64,000 nucleotides of DNA from an uncultured Eubacteriales bacterium (GTDB lineage Bacteria > Bacillota > Clostridia > Oscillospirales > CAG-272), in the NCBI GenBank assembly GCA_900547725.1, contig URHR01000002.1, positions 3,294-67,293 on the forward strand, given 5' to 3'. Below, piece by piece: positions 1-11,925 of this stretch (position 1 is the stretch's first letter; every line of letters starts with the position of its first letter). Position numbers and translations under genes: made by a program. The notes under the pieces are model-generated. The model saw only the letters and a program-made list of their open reading frames with translations, made no database searches and had not been told where the DNA came from.

Positions 1-1
1 G

Positions 2-823
2 GACGACCCCGTGCGGCTCTACCTGAAGGAAATCGGTAAAGTGCCGCTTCTGACCAACGAACGCGAGAAGGAACTGGCGGAGCGCATGATGGCGGGCGAC
101 GAGAGCGCCAAAACCGAGTTGGTGGAGGCGAACCTGCGGTTGGTGGTATCGATTGCAAAACGCTATGTCGGGCGCGGGATGTATTTCCTTGACCTGATTC
201 AGGAGGGCAACCTCGGACTGATGAAGGCGGTGGAAAAGTTCGATTATACCAAGGGGTATAAGTTCTCCACTTATGCCACATGGTGGATCCGGCAGGCGAT
301 TACGAGAGCCATTGCGGATCAGGCGCGAACCATCCGCATTCCCGTGCACATGGTGGAAACCATTCACAAAGTGTCGCGGTATTCCCGCCAGATGCTGCAG
401 GAACTCGGCAGAGAGGCGACCGCCGAGGAAATCGGCGAGAAGATGGACATGAGCGCCGACAAGGTGCGCGAAATCATGAAGATTGCGCAAGATCCCGTAT
501 CGTTGGAGACTCCGATCGGCGAGGAGGAGGACAGCCACCTCGGCGACTTCATTCCCGACGACGACACACCGTCCCCCGCAGAAGCGACCTCCACAAACAT
601 CCTGCGCGAGGAACTGGAGCGCCAGCTGCACACGCTGACCCCGCGCGAGGAACACGTTATCAAGCTGCGGTTCGGGCTGTACGACGGCAGAACCCGCACG
701 CTGGAAGAGGTTGGCAAGGAATTCGATATCACCCGTGAGCGTATCCGTCAGATCGAGGCGAAGGCACTGCGCAAGCTGCGGCATCCGAGCCGCGCAAGAC
801 ACCTGCGCGGGTTCATGGAATAA
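2..823 (+). CDS. sigA: Primary RNA polymerase sigma factor (sigma-70 family, RpoD/SigA); 5' end cut by window edge
   Basis: Frame is open to the window edge ([12 protein letters not shown]...). Region 2-4 hallmarks are present: [64 protein letters not shown]. Confidence 0.95.
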   Translation, partial: DDPVRLYLKEIGKVPLLTNEREKELAERMMAGDESAKTELVEANLRLVVSIAKRYVGRGMYFLDLIQEGNLGLMKAVEKFDYTKGYKFSTYATWWIRQAITRAIADQARTIRIPVHMVETIHKVSRYSRQMLQELGREATAEEIGEKMDMSADKVREIMKIAQDPVSLETPIGEEEDSHLGDFIPDDDTPSPAEATSTNILREELERQLHTLTPREEHVIKLRFGLYDGRTRTLEEVGKEFDITRERIRQIEAKALRKLRHPSRARHLRGFME

Positions 824-1000
824 AATTTGTGCCAAATGGCAAAAACGGGCGTGAAAATTCTTTCAGAACGCACAAGAAAAACGGCGGAATCACAAAAAAT
901 CAACCGTCTGATTTGTGCGGGATGACGAATCCGAGCGCTCGTTTGCCGCGTTTTTTCACGCGCTTGCGCGTATGACGTGGGAAGGACACAAAAAATTCAC

Positions 1001-1029
1001 TTGACTTTCGGAGTGAATTGTTGTAAAAT
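1001..1029 (+). promoter_or_regulatory. Sigma-A-type promoter upstream of the large lipoprotein gene
   Basis: TTGACT at 1001-1006, 17-nt spacer, TAAAAT at 1024-1029, about 60 nt upstream of the ATG at 1091. Confidence 0.55.
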
Positions 1030-1090
1030 AGTGAGGATAGAAAAGGCGGTTTTTTCCGACGGAGAAAATCGGAGTTTACGGGAGGAAAAT

Positions 1091-3868
1091 ATGAAAAAAA
1101 GACTGTTCTGTCTTGCCCTGTGTCTTGTGATGCTTACGGCAACGGTCCTGACGGGCTGCTCGAGCAAGTCGCTTGACGAGGTACAATCGGAGTTCAAGAG
1201 AACGGCTTCCGAATTGGCGATTACGCTGACGATGTGGCTGGTGTCCGAGAAGGAAGTGGATTCCGAGACGGCAAGCCGTATCACCAAGGCGGTCAACAAC
1301 ATTACGGAATCCAAGTTCACCACCAGAATGCAGCTCTACTTCCTGACGGATGACGAGTACCGCACGGTGGTGACCGAAACCATCCGCAAGAGAGAGGACG
1401 CGAAGAGCATCTTTGCGGACAACTCCGTGAAGGAAGAGGAGACGACCGCGGCGGGCGAGAGCGGAACTGTGGTGAACGAGACCGAAACCGATAAGTTCGG
1501 TCGCATTACCATCAAATATCCCGACCTCAACCCGAATCAGGTTGATATCATCTACATCAACGGCGAGGATATGTTCCGCGAGTACGCCGCAAACGGTTGG
1601 CTCAAGCGGTTGGATGAGGAACTGAGCGCGTCCTCCAAGAAGATCAAGGAGTATGTGTCCCAGACACTTCTGAGCGCGGCGCAGATCAAAGGCGTTTCGG
1701 ACGGCAGTGAGGTCAACGGCACGTTCGCGATTCCGAACAACGCGACCATCGGCAAGTATACCTACATGCTGTTGGATAAGGATCTGATGCAGCAGACCAA
1801 CTTCTCGGGTATTTATGACAAGGGCGAGATTGACGGGTTCTTCAACCAGAGCATTTTCTCCTATCTGGATATCGTCCGCAAGTCCGACCCGGATGTCATT
1901 CCGGTTGACGCGACCTACGACCAGATGGTGGATCTGTTGGCGCACTATTGGTCTATCGACCCCGAAACTTACGAAGAGGACAGCAGTCGCTTCTCGCTTC
2001 TGGGCTATCGGTACACCAATCCCAAAACGCTTTCCAAGGGGCAGACGGTTCTGTCCTTCCAGAATCTCTTCAATGACGCAACCTTCCGCAAGAATTATTA
2101 CGAACTGAACCGGATGCGCCTGGACAACGGCTATTTCGGTACGGCGGCTGAGGGGCAGAAGGCGGCGGTGCGCTTTGAAACCGGCGACCTTGCGAAGTAC
2201 GAAAGCTATCGGAGCGAGGACAGCAAGTACTATCCCGTTATCGTCAAGTACCCGACGGTTGACGTGGACGATGTATATCAGAATATGTTCGGCGTTTGCG
2301 CGTATACGGTGGACGTTTCGCGCAGTATGCAGATCCTGACCTATCTGACCACGAATGTGGACTTCCGCAATCTGATTCAGTACGGGGAAGAGGACGTCGA
2401 CTACAAGAAGATCGAGAACGGAAACGTTGTGACTGTCGAGCGGCTTCAGGAAACCTACATGATGGACGTTTTCAAGACGGGAAATGCCTTCATCGCGTAC
2501 CCTGATCCCGCAAAGGATCTTTCTGCGGATGTCTGGGAGATCGGCAAGAAACAGAACCGCGACGCACTGATCGAGCCGCTTCTGAACTTTGATTTTGCGG
2601 CGTTGGCAAAGGCAACGGGCGCAACCGCGACAAGCGACCCCAAGATCGGTTCGTCGGGTTACACCTACAGTTGGAGCACAGGATACTCCCGCGAGGTCCT
2701 GGCGCAGAACGATTACCTCAAGGCGTGGATGGACGGCGCGGATCGTGCCGGCAAGGGCGTTTACGTTCTGCACACCTGCGCAAGCAACAACGCGCAGAAC
2801 CTCTACGCAACGGTCTATTACTACAATAACAATATTCAGAATGCCGATGTGAAAGTGACCGACAGCGGCAGTACCGTCAACGTCTCCTATGGCGGAAGCG
2901 CGGGCGACGGCTACGAGATCACGGTCATCAGCTTCTACGGAAAGAAGAATTCGAGCAAGCTTGACTGGAGCTACACGGCGGGCAACGTGACCGAATCGGC
3001 AAAGGTGACCTACCGCAACGCGCAGATCAGGTTTGACTTCCTCAACACCGAGACCTACAGCGTGAATCTGACCGCCAAGCTGACTAAGGCCATGATTGCC
3101 GACAATGCGGCGGCGATTGCATGGGTCAAGGCGCAGAGCGGAAACGACGCGGTTGTCGGAACATACACCGCAGATAACTCCGAGGGCGGTAAGACTTACA
3201 CCTATCTGGTTTATGTGCCGACTGTCAGCACCCCCTACAGCGTCAGCCTGATGCCGACGGGAACAGACAAGAACCTGAAACTGGCGGTTCATTACAGCGC
3301 CAATTCGTCGGGCAAGCTGAGCGATTCGGATGCAAAATATGCACTCTTCCTTGTAACGGTGCGGGCGGACAGCGACGTGGCGGTGGATATCAGCCTGAAC
3401 GGACTGGACGCAACCGAAAAGCCGATGGAGACTGATCCGAAGCTTGCATTCTGCGGTCTGTTGGATGTGGAACTTGTTAAGTACTTTGACGGGCTGACGA
3501 AAAAGGTGGAAGCGGTTGTGAACTCCGCAACCGATGAGGCGAAGCTGAAGGCGATTATCGACGATCTGGGCATTCTGTTTACGACACGCGAGAATCAGGT
3601 GTTTGTTAACGCGACTCTGCAGGAGGAACTGGCGGCGAAGCTTACCACCGACGAGGTCAAAGCTCTGGCGGCTGAGCTGGATCTCGAACGCTTCTACTGG
3701 AGTCTTCTGAGTGCCACGAGCACCTCGGAGGTGAAGCACAAAGAGGAAAAGACGGACGGTGAGAAAATTACGGTTGTGGATGCGGAGAAGAATCCCGTTT
3801 GCAACGAGCCGTACTACTACTTCCGTTCTCCCTCGGTGATTTACAACGAGTGGGCTTCCAAAAAATAA
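1091..3868 (+). CDS. Large (925 aa) lipoprotein; N-terminal half resembles extracellular solute-binding proteins, C-terminal ~400 aa unassigned
   Basis: GGAGG RBS 5 nt before ATG 1091. Signal peptide plus lipobox MKKRLFCLALCLVMLTATVLTGC. SBP-like strings occur (TLTMWLVSEKE, IIYINGEDMFREYAANGWLKRLD). The track ORF start at 977 is upstream of the RBS and signal peptide. Confidence 0.8.
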   Translation: MKKRLFCLALCLVMLTATVLTGCSSKSLDEVQSEFKRTASELAITLTMWLVSEKEVDSETASRITKAVNNITESKFTTRMQLYFLTDDEYRTVVTETIRKREDAKSIFADNSVKEEETTAAGESGTVVNETETDKFGRITIKYPDLNPNQVDIIYINGEDMFREYAANGWLKRLDEELSASSKKIKEYVSQTLLSAAQIKGVSDGSEVNGTFAIPNNATIGKYTYMLLDKDLMQQTNFSGIYDKGEIDGFFNQSIFSYLDIVRKSDPDVIPVDATYDQMVDLLAHYWSIDPETYEEDSSRFSLLGYRYTNPKTLSKGQTVLSFQNLFNDATFRKNYYELNRMRLDNGYFGTAAEGQKAAVRFETGDLAKYESYRSEDSKYYPVIVKYPTVDVDDVYQNMFGVCAYTVDVSRSMQILTYLTTNVDFRNLIQYGEEDVDYKKIENGNVVTVERLQETYMMDVFKTGNAFIAYPDPAKDLSADVWEIGKKQNRDALIEPLLNFDFAALAKATGATATSDPKIGSSGYTYSWSTGYSREVLAQNDYLKAWMDGADRAGKGVYVLHTCASNNAQNLYATVYYYNNNIQNADVKVTDSGSTVNVSYGGSAGDGYEITVISFYGKKNSSKLDWSYTAGNVTESAKVTYRNAQIRFDFLNTETYSVNLTAKLTKAMIADNAAAIAWVKAQSGNDAVVGTYTADNSEGGKTYTYLVYVPTVSTPYSVSLMPTGTDKNLKLAVHYSANSSGKLSDSDAKYALFLVTVRADSDVAVDISLNGLDATEKPMETDPKLAFCGLLDVELVKYFDGLTKKVEAVVNSATDEAKLKAIIDDLGILFTTRENQVFVNATLQEELAAKLTTDEVKALAAELDLERFYWSLLSATSTSEVKHKEEKTDGEKITVVDAEKNPVCNEPYYYFRSPSVIYNEWASKK

Positions 3869-3883
3869 GATAAGTTAAAAACT

Positions 3884-3923
3884 ACGCCCCGCAGACAGAT
3901 GTCTGCGGGGCGTATGTTTTTTT
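3884..3923 (+). terminator. Intrinsic terminator after the lipoprotein gene
   Basis: 13-bp perfect stem ACGCCCCGCAGAC / GTCTGCGGGGCGT with a 4-nt loop, followed by a T7 run. Confidence 0.85.
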
Positions 3924-3971
3924 GCCGACAGAGGAACAATAACAGGGAAATCACAAAGGGAGAATCTGACC

Positions 3972-4985
3972 ATGTGGGGAATTGCAATTGTAGGATGCTT
4001 TGCGGCGGTCATCGCACTGATCCCGCCCGTCGGTCGGCTCGCATGGAGAATCGGGGCGGTGGACGTGCCGCGCGATTGGCGCAGAATGCATACCGACAGT
4101 GTGCCGCGTGCGGGTGGCATTGCGATGTTGGCAGCGATCGGCGCGGGCTGGCTTCTGTTCTGCCCGCACACCGTTTCGCTTGCGGCGGGGCTTGCGGGCG
4201 GGCTTGCCGTGTTCTGTATCGGTTTGGCGGACGATATCCGCCCGTTGCCCGCAGGCGCGCGGCTGGGCGTTCAGCTGCTTGCGGCAACGGTTGCGGCAAT
4301 CGGCTCGGGGACAGGAGCAGGCGTTGGTCTGTTTCCTGCCGTGTTGTGGTTGGTCGCGCTGACCAATGCACACAATATGATCGACGGATTGGACGGTTTG
4401 TTTGCCGGAACTGCAACGGTTGAAGGCGTCGGGATTGCGTTGGTGCTGGCACTTTCCGGAGCAGGGGATCGGGCGCTCCAACCGCTTCTGATTTCCGCCG
4501 CGTGTCTGGGCTTTCTGCGCTATAACCGCCCACCAGCCAAAATCTTTGCGGGAGACTGCGGCTCGGGCGCGGTCGGCTTTCTGCTCGGCTTTTCCGCACT
4601 TCCCGCCCTCGAAGCCCCCGTCTGGCGGCTCGGAATCCTTGCCCCGCTGTTTGTGTTTGCCTATCCGTTGACCGACATGACCGCGGCAGTCGTGCGGCGG
4701 GTGCTCGGCGGAAAAAGTCCGTTTGCGGCGGATCGCGCCCATCTGCATCATCGCATCATCGCCATGGGACTGTCGGTAGCTTCCACTGCGGCGGTTCTGG
4801 TTGCCCTGACCGCTGTGCTGACGCTGTGCGGCGTTCTGCTGACCCGGGAAGAATACGCGCTCGGTGCGGTCGGCGGGGCGCTTGGGGCGGTTCTGTTCCT
4901 GTTGGTTACGCGGTATGCGTTGGTTCGATCCGCGTATCTGCACGGAAACGGTGCAAAAAGGCGGAAAAATGTGCGAAACACTTGA
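3972..4985 (+). CDS. Glycosyltransferase family 4 polyprenyl-phosphate HexNAc-1-phosphate transferase (WecA/TagO/MraY-like)
   Basis: Polytopic membrane protein with the NAHNMIDGLDGL motif, a PRAGGIAM segment and a cytoplasmic-loop HLHHR, typical of the MraY/WecA superfamily. Confidence 0.85.
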   Translation: MWGIAIVGCFAAVIALIPPVGRLAWRIGAVDVPRDWRRMHTDSVPRAGGIAMLAAIGAGWLLFCPHTVSLAAGLAGGLAVFCIGLADDIRPLPAGARLGVQLLAATVAAIGSGTGAGVGLFPAVLWLVALTNAHNMIDGLDGLFAGTATVEGVGIALVLALSGAGDRALQPLLISAACLGFLRYNRPPAKIFAGDCGSGAVGFLLGFSALPALEAPVWRLGILAPLFVFAYPLTDMTAAVVRRVLGGKSPFAADRAHLHHRIIAMGLSVASTAAVLVALTAVLTLCGVLLTREEYALGAVGGALGAVLFLLVTRYALVRSAYLHGNGAKRRKNVRNT

Positions 4986-5023
4986 AATAACGGCGGAAAT
5001 ATGGTATAATAGGACAACACAGT

Positions 5024-5881
5024 ATGAAACCTGAAACGGAGCGGAATATGAAAGCAGACCGAACGGAAGAAAAGAAACGCGGGGGTGCGAAACGGGATCT
5101 TGCGCTTCGCATCGGCGCGGTGGTTGCGGCGGCGCTCTTCTTGGCGTATACGATTGTCGACCCGCGACTGTCCGCCGACGAAACCATGCAGGGACTCCTG
5201 AAATCCATCGTTTCCCGCGCCTGCGGGGCGGCGGTATTTCTGCTTGTTTTGCTGTACCTGCGATTCCGATTGCTGTCGAAGCCGACAGCTGCCTGCCTGT
5301 CCTCCTTCCTGCCTGCGCTTGCCGTGGTGGTCAACAACTTTCCGTTCCTGTCCGCCGCGCGCGGGGACGCCTATCTTGTGCGCGGCGACCTCGTATGGCT
5401 TTATGCCGTTGACGCGCTGATGATCGGCGCGTTTGAGGAACTGGCGTTTCGGGGGATGCTTTTCCCGATTCTTCTGGAAAACCGACGGGGGACAAGCCGA
5501 CAGATTTTCCGTACCACCGTTACCGTTTCCGCCGTGTTCGGGCTGGTGCATCTGGTCAACCTCTTCGAGGGCGCGGGCATCGGACCGACCCTGTTGCAGG
5601 TGGGATATTCCTTCCTCATCGGCGGGATGTGTTCCATCGTCCTGCTGAAGAGCGGGAATCTGCTCATGTGCGTCCTGCTCCACGCGGTGTACGATTTCTG
5701 CGGCGGACTTTATCCGACCCTTGGCGCGGGCGTGTGGTGGGATACCCCGACCGTTATCTGGACTGCGGTGCTCGGAACGGCAGTGTTTGTATGGATGATG
5801 TACCTGCTTTTGCATATCCGCCCCGAGGAAGCCGACAGACTTTATCCGAAAAAGGAGAAAAAGGAGAAACCGGAATCATGA
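5024..5881 (+). CDS. CPBP family intramembrane glutamic endopeptidase (CAAX protease/Abi family)
   Basis: Multi-TM protein with the family motifs EELAFRG, FGLVHL and LLHAVYDF. Confidence 0.85.
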   Translation: MKPETERNMKADRTEEKKRGGAKRDLALRIGAVVAAALFLAYTIVDPRLSADETMQGLLKSIVSRACGAAVFLLVLLYLRFRLLSKPTAACLSSFLPALAVVVNNFPFLSAARGDAYLVRGDLVWLYAVDALMIGAFEELAFRGMLFPILLENRRGTSRQIFRTTVTVSAVFGLVHLVNLFEGAGIGPTLLQVGYSFLIGGMCSIVLLKSGNLLMCVLLHAVYDFCGGLYPTLGAGVWWDTPTVIWTAVLGTAVFVWMMYLLLHIRPEEADRLYPKKEKKEKPES

Positions 5882-6603
5882 ATACCATTCGCATTCAAAA
5901 GAAGCAGACCCAACTGATTGCTCACCGCGGGCTTAGCGGTCTGGAAGCGGAAAACACCCTTTGCGCATTTGTCGCGGCGGGAAACCGTTCCTATTTCGGC
6001 ATCGAGACCGATGTTCACCGTACCTCGGACGGACAGTTTATCATTGTACATGACAACGATACGGCACGGGTAGCAGGGAACGCGCAGGTGTATGAGGTGG
6101 AGCGCACCGACTATGCAACTCTGCGGAGCCTGCCGCTGTTGGATCGGAGCGGAAAGGCAGGACGGGTGGACCTGCGTCTGCCGAGCCTTGACGAATACAT
6201 CGAGTGCTGTCGGAACTACGGAAAGATCTGCGTGTTGGAGCTGAAGAACCGCATGGAGAAGGCGGATGTCGGAAAGATTGCGGAGCACTTCCGCGCGGCA
6301 GGATATCTTGACCGGGTGATTTTTATCTCCTTTTGCCTTGAAAATCTGATCGATCTCCGTGAAATCTGCCCGGATCAGCCCGTGCAGTACCTCGTACGCG
6401 AATTGCGGGAGGATGTCTTTGAGGTCGCAAATGCGAACCGCATGGATATTGACACCGATTGGAAAAGCGTGACAAAGGAGTGGGTCGACCGCCTGCATCG
6501 TGCGGGACTGAAACTCAATGCATATACGATCAATGACCCTGAGGTTGCAGAGCGATTTGCCGATTGGGGCGTGGACTATATCACCACGAATATTCTTGAG
6601 TAA
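5878..6603 (+). CDS. Glycerophosphodiester phosphodiesterase
   Basis: The ATG at 5878 overlaps the upstream stop (ATGA). N-terminus IAHRGLSGLEAENT and GIETDVHRTSDGQFIIVHD are GDPD-family hallmarks. The longer track ORF from 5629 overlaps the CPBP gene. Confidence 0.9.
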   Translation: MNTIRIQKKQTQLIAHRGLSGLEAENTLCAFVAAGNRSYFGIETDVHRTSDGQFIIVHDNDTARVAGNAQVYEVERTDYATLRSLPLLDRSGKAGRVDLRLPSLDEYIECCRNYGKICVLELKNRMEKADVGKIAEHFRAAGYLDRVIFISFCLENLIDLREICPDQPVQYLVRELREDVFEVANANRMDIDTDWKSVTKEWVDRLHRAGLKLNAYTINDPEVAERFADWGVDYITTNILE

Positions 6604-6633
6604 ATCACCGAATTTTTCGGTATCCTGTACAAA

Positions 6634-6668
6634 CAGCCCCTGCGTGATGACACGCAGGGGCTGTTTTT
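6634..6668 (+). terminator. Intrinsic terminator after the phosphodiesterase gene
   Basis: CAGCCCCTGCGTG-ATGA-CACGCAGGGGCTG followed by TTTTT. Confidence 0.9.
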
Positions 6669-6786
6669 GATTCCGACCAAATCCCGCTTGACGGGATTTG
6701 GTTCGGAGCAGCCGGAATTCGCAACACGGAATATGGCTACACTCAAAATTTGTACAACATAAAACCAGACCCCAAAATCCAATTGG

Positions 6787-6864
6787 GTAAAGTTCTTGAA
6801 AGTCTTGAAAACTTCTTGAAAGAAGTTTTCAAGTGGGGTGCGGGGCAAAGCCCCGCGACCTTTA
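6787..6864. repeat. REP-like double-hairpin intergenic element, copy A (diverged)
   Basis: AAGTTCTTGAAAG...AAAACTTCTTGAAAGAAGTTTT...GCGGGGCAAAGCCCCGCGACCtTTA. It is collinear with the copies at 16598 and 52237. Its end abuts the hpf stop codon. Confidence 0.7.
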
Positions 6865-7398
6865 TCCCTCCGGCGTAATCAGCCCGTAAGCTCCGTCCCG
6901 ACGGGCGTAAACCACGCAGGTCTTGCCGGTCTCGCCGTTGTTGAATACAAAGAACTGATGCCCCAAGAGATTCATCTGCAGAATCGCTTCCTCGGGTGTC
7001 ATCGGCTTGACGGGGAAGGTCTTGACGCGAATGATCGTTTCTTCATCCTCGGCTTCGGACTCTTCTGAACCGAAAGTCTCTTCCTGCATCACCTCTAAAC
7101 CGCCCGTGCGAAGCCGACGCGCCACACGCGTTTTGTTGCGGCGGATCTGCCGCTCGATTGCGTCAACCGCCTCGTCAAGCGCCGTGCGGAAGCTGTCTGC
7201 GCCGACCTCACTGCGGAACAGTGTGTTGGCGGCGGAAATCGTGATTTCGAGATTCTTTTCATTATGCTTGCAGGAGAGCGTGACGGTTGCGTCACCCTCG
7301 CCCGAAAAATACTTGTCGAGCTTTCCAAGCTTGCGCTCAATCAGATCTTTCATTTCATCGTAAACGTTCATCTGTCTGCCAACTACGGTAATTTTCAT
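6862..7398 (-). CDS. hpf: Ribosome hibernation promoting factor, long form (HPF/RaiA family)
   Basis: MKITVVGRQMNVYDEMKDLIERKLGKLDKYF... plus the C-terminal dimerisation domain (VKPMTPEEAILQMNLLGHQFFVFNN). The ATG at 7398 is preferred over the TTG at 7410. Confidence 0.92.
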   Translation of the reverse strand: MKITVVGRQMNVYDEMKDLIERKLGKLDKYFSGEGDATVTLSCKHNEKNLEITISAANTLFRSEVGADSFRTALDEAVDAIERQIRRNKTRVARRLRTGGLEVMQEETFGSEESEAEDEETIIRVKTFPVKPMTPEEAILQMNLLGHQFFVFNNGETGKTCVVYARRDGAYGLITPEG

Positions 7399-7564
7399 GG
7401 TTTCTTCCAACCTTTCCTATGGATTGCAAAGGGGATTGTCCCTTTACACTTTCAGTATAACACAAAAATCGCTTCCTGTAAAGATGAAACAAATATTTTT
7501 TACATAACGGAAAAATATTTGTAGAACCTGATAGAAAGGAAAGCGGGAAATCTCCGCGTTCCTC

Positions 7565-7593
7565 TTGACAGAAGCAGGAAAATCTGGTATAAT
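7565..7593 (+). promoter_or_regulatory. Sigma-A promoter upstream of ligA
   Basis: TTGACA at 7565-7570, 17-nt spacer, extended -10 TGgTATAAT ending at 7593. Confidence 0.7.
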
Positions 7594-7625
7594 GAAAGAT
7601 GGACATCGCCGCGGAGAGGACATAA

Positions 7626-9674
<2,049 letters not shown>

Positions 9675-9726
9675 CCCCCGACGGAGCGCAATATATCAGA
9701 CAGACATAAGAAAAGGAGAACAAACG

Positions 9727-10614
9727 ATGCACGCAACACTGGTAGTTCTTGCGGCGGGACTCGGAAGCCGCTTTGGAGGAAACAAGCAGATATCCTGCGT
9801 CGGTCCGAACGACGAATGCCTGATGGAGTATTCGGTTTACGACGCCATGCAGGCGGGCTTTGACCGCGTGGTGATGATTCTGAAAGAGGAAATGATCGAC
9901 ATCGTGCGCGAAAAGTTCGGCAAACGACTGGAAAAGCTGATCCGCGTGGATTACGCGGTGCAGGATTTTTCGTCGATTCCCGCATTCTATACCATGCCAG
10001 CGGAACGTACCAAGCCGCTCGGCACGGTTCACGCTCTGCTTTGCGCCGCGCCTTATCTGGACGCGCCTTTTGCGACCATCAACGCCGACGACTACTACGG
10101 GCGGGATGCGTACACCATTCTGTACCGGATGCTCGGCAAACTCCAAAACGACCGTGAGGCGGTGATGGTGCCGTACATCCTCGGCAATACCATGAGCGAG
10201 AACGGCGGCGTGACGCGCGGCGTGTGCCGATTGGCGAACGGGTATCTGGAGGCGGTGAACGAGACGAAAAACATCCGCTATGCCGCGGACCGTTCCATTA
10301 CCTCGGACGCGGGGGCGCTCTCGCCCGACGAACGTGTTTCGATGAACATCTGGGGCTTCCACCCGTCGGCAATCGGAAAAATTCAGACCTATTTTGAGGA
10401 CTTTCTGCGTGCGCTTCCTCCGGATGAATGCCGCGCGGAATGCCTGCTTCCGATTATGGTCAACGATTTTCTTGCGGCGGGAACGCTTTCCGTGGCGGCG
10501 GAGGAATCGCCCGACCGTTGGTTCGGTCTGACCTACCGCGAGGATATGGCGGAGGTCGCGGAGGAACTGAAGCGACTTTGCGAAACCGGTTTTTACCCCA
10601 AAAATCTTTTCTGA
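9727..10614 (+). CDS. NTP-transferase family protein (sugar-phosphate nucleotidyltransferase-like)
   Basis: N-terminal LAAGLGSRFGGNKQ glycine-rich nucleotide-binding signature. 295 aa. Substrate not assignable. Confidence 0.7.
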   Translation: MHATLVVLAAGLGSRFGGNKQISCVGPNDECLMEYSVYDAMQAGFDRVVMILKEEMIDIVREKFGKRLEKLIRVDYAVQDFSSIPAFYTMPAERTKPLGTVHALLCAAPYLDAPFATINADDYYGRDAYTILYRMLGKLQNDREAVMVPYILGNTMSENGGVTRGVCRLANGYLEAVNETKNIRYAADRSITSDAGALSPDERVSMNIWGFHPSAIGKIQTYFEDFLRALPPDECRAECLLPIMVNDFLAAGTLSVAAEESPDRWFGLTYREDMAEVAEELKRLCETGFYPKNLF

Positions 10615-10631
10615 ACGGAGTAAAATAAGGC

Positions 10632-11480
10632 ATGAAAAAGCGGATGTTGGCGTTCTTGACCGTGTGTGCCGTCCTGTGCGGCAGTGCTTGCGCGAGAAAA
10701 GTACCGTCCGGGATCGAACGCGGAACGCCCAAAACCGAATCCCCGGAAGAATCGAAAACGCAAACGTCCGGGGAGGAGCTGTTGCCGGTTTATGCGCCCG
10801 AGCGGATTGCCGCGGCTTCCAAATGGGACGGAAATCAGCAAATGGTGACGAGCAAATCCGAAATATACGAGTTTCTGGACGGGAACGGGAAAAAGGAAAC
10901 GCCTTATCTGCTGAAAAGCGCCGAGGATGTTGCAAGGCTCGCGGCGAACGTGCGGCATTACGGAACTTACCTGAATACCGAGATTACGCGCTACCGCGGC
11001 GTGTATTTCCGTCTGGAGTGCGACATCGATATGCAGGGACATCCTTGGTGGGGAATTGGCGGCGGCTCGGATCTGTCGCGTGGCAAAACCTCCTTCATGG
11101 GGATCTTTGACGGGAACAATCATGCCATCTACAACCTTGCGTTGCGGGAAGAACCGCTGTCCGGATTCTTTTCCTACATCAGCGACGGTGCTGTTATCAA
11201 AAATCTGATTATCGCGTCGGGAACGGTGGAGTTGTCGTCGAATTTCCAACATGCGGGAATTCTGGTCGGAAGGGTTGCGGGCGGGGCGGTGATCGAAAAC
11301 TGTTCCGTCTCCGTGGAGATGACGGGCAGTTCCGAAAAGCTGTGGACGGTCGGGATCATCGGACACGAAACCGACGGTTCCGTATCCGTGGAAACCTGCG
11401 ATTTCGGCGGCGTGACGTTCGGCGGCGAGCCGTATGCGATTCCCGGAATCGGATACAAGAGGACAACCGACGCGAACTGA
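10632..11480 (+). CDS. Secreted (possibly lipo-)protein with GLUG-like repeats
   Basis: Signal peptide MKKRMLAFLTVCAVLCGSAC. FMGIFDGNNHAIYNL and AGILVGRVAGGAVIENCSV resemble the GLUG motif and the FxGxFDGNGHxIxNL segment. Confidence 0.7.
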   Translation: MKKRMLAFLTVCAVLCGSACARKVPSGIERGTPKTESPEESKTQTSGEELLPVYAPERIAAASKWDGNQQMVTSKSEIYEFLDGNGKKETPYLLKSAEDVARLAANVRHYGTYLNTEITRYRGVYFRLECDIDMQGHPWWGIGGGSDLSRGKTSFMGIFDGNNHAIYNLALREEPLSGFFSYISDGAVIKNLIIASGTVELSSNFQHAGILVGRVAGGAVIENCSVSVEMTGSSEKLWTVGIIGHETDGSVSVETCDFGGVTFGGEPYAIPGIGYKRTTDAN

Positions 11481-11543
11481 TCCGACGCGGATGCGCCCGC
11501 CGGCGAAAATCGGGAGAATGCGCGAAAAAATTCGGATTAAGTC

Positions 11544-11572
11544 TTGACAAACCGGGAAAGATGTGGTACAAT
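11544..11572 (+). promoter_or_regulatory. Sigma-A promoter of the ileS leader
   Basis: TTGACA at 11544-11549, 17-nt spacer, extended -10 TGgTACAAT ending at 11572. Confidence 0.8.
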
Positions 11573-11584
11573 AGCCATGAACGG

Positions 11585-11892
11585 CTGTGACGAAGAAGCC
11601 GCGGGACGGAATGCCACAGAGAGTGCGCGGGCGGTGCGAGCGCATGACAGGATGTCCCCACAGGGTATCGCTTCCGAGCCGACAGGGTGAAACCGTGCAG
11701 TACAGGCTTTGCGGGAGTAATTTTGTCCGTGTTGTCGCGTTAAGACAGGAGGTTAAGGCAATACCTCGCAATTGTACCATCTGCATTACGCGGGATTACC
11801 TTAAAAGACCTGTGAGTGCGCCCCATCCGGGCGAACATGAGTGGTACCGCGGAAAATTCCGTCTCATGGCATGATGCCGTGAGACGGTTTTT
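11585..11892 (+). promoter_or_regulatory. T-box riboswitch (tRNA-Ile-responsive leader) with terminator
   Basis: Stem I elements AGAGAG...GGTGCGAG. Candidate AUC specifier at 11667-11669, directly 5' of the basal-helix strand GCUUC. T-box sequence GAGTGGTACCGCGG at 11839-11852. Terminator CCGTCTCATGGCATGATGCCGTGAGACGG + T5 at 11859-11892. Confidence 0.9.
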
Positions 11893-11925
11893 GTTTTGTA
11901 AAAAATCCATTTAGGAGTGAAGAAT

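Noticed and set aside
1076-3739. 887-aa minus-strand ORF. Similar long antisense ORFs occur at 7500-9344, 61587-63827, 20795-22045 and 23110-24759.
   Set aside because: All lie opposite well-supported genes, lack RBSs and recognisable domains, and have skewed Arg/Gly/His composition typical of the antisense of GC-rich coding sequence.
5629-5877. Long N-terminal extension of the phosphodiesterase ORF (track start 5629)
   Set aside because: The extension overlaps the 3' end of the CPBP protease gene in another frame and adds Arg/Pro-rich sequence. The conserved GDPD domain begins right after the ATG at 5878.
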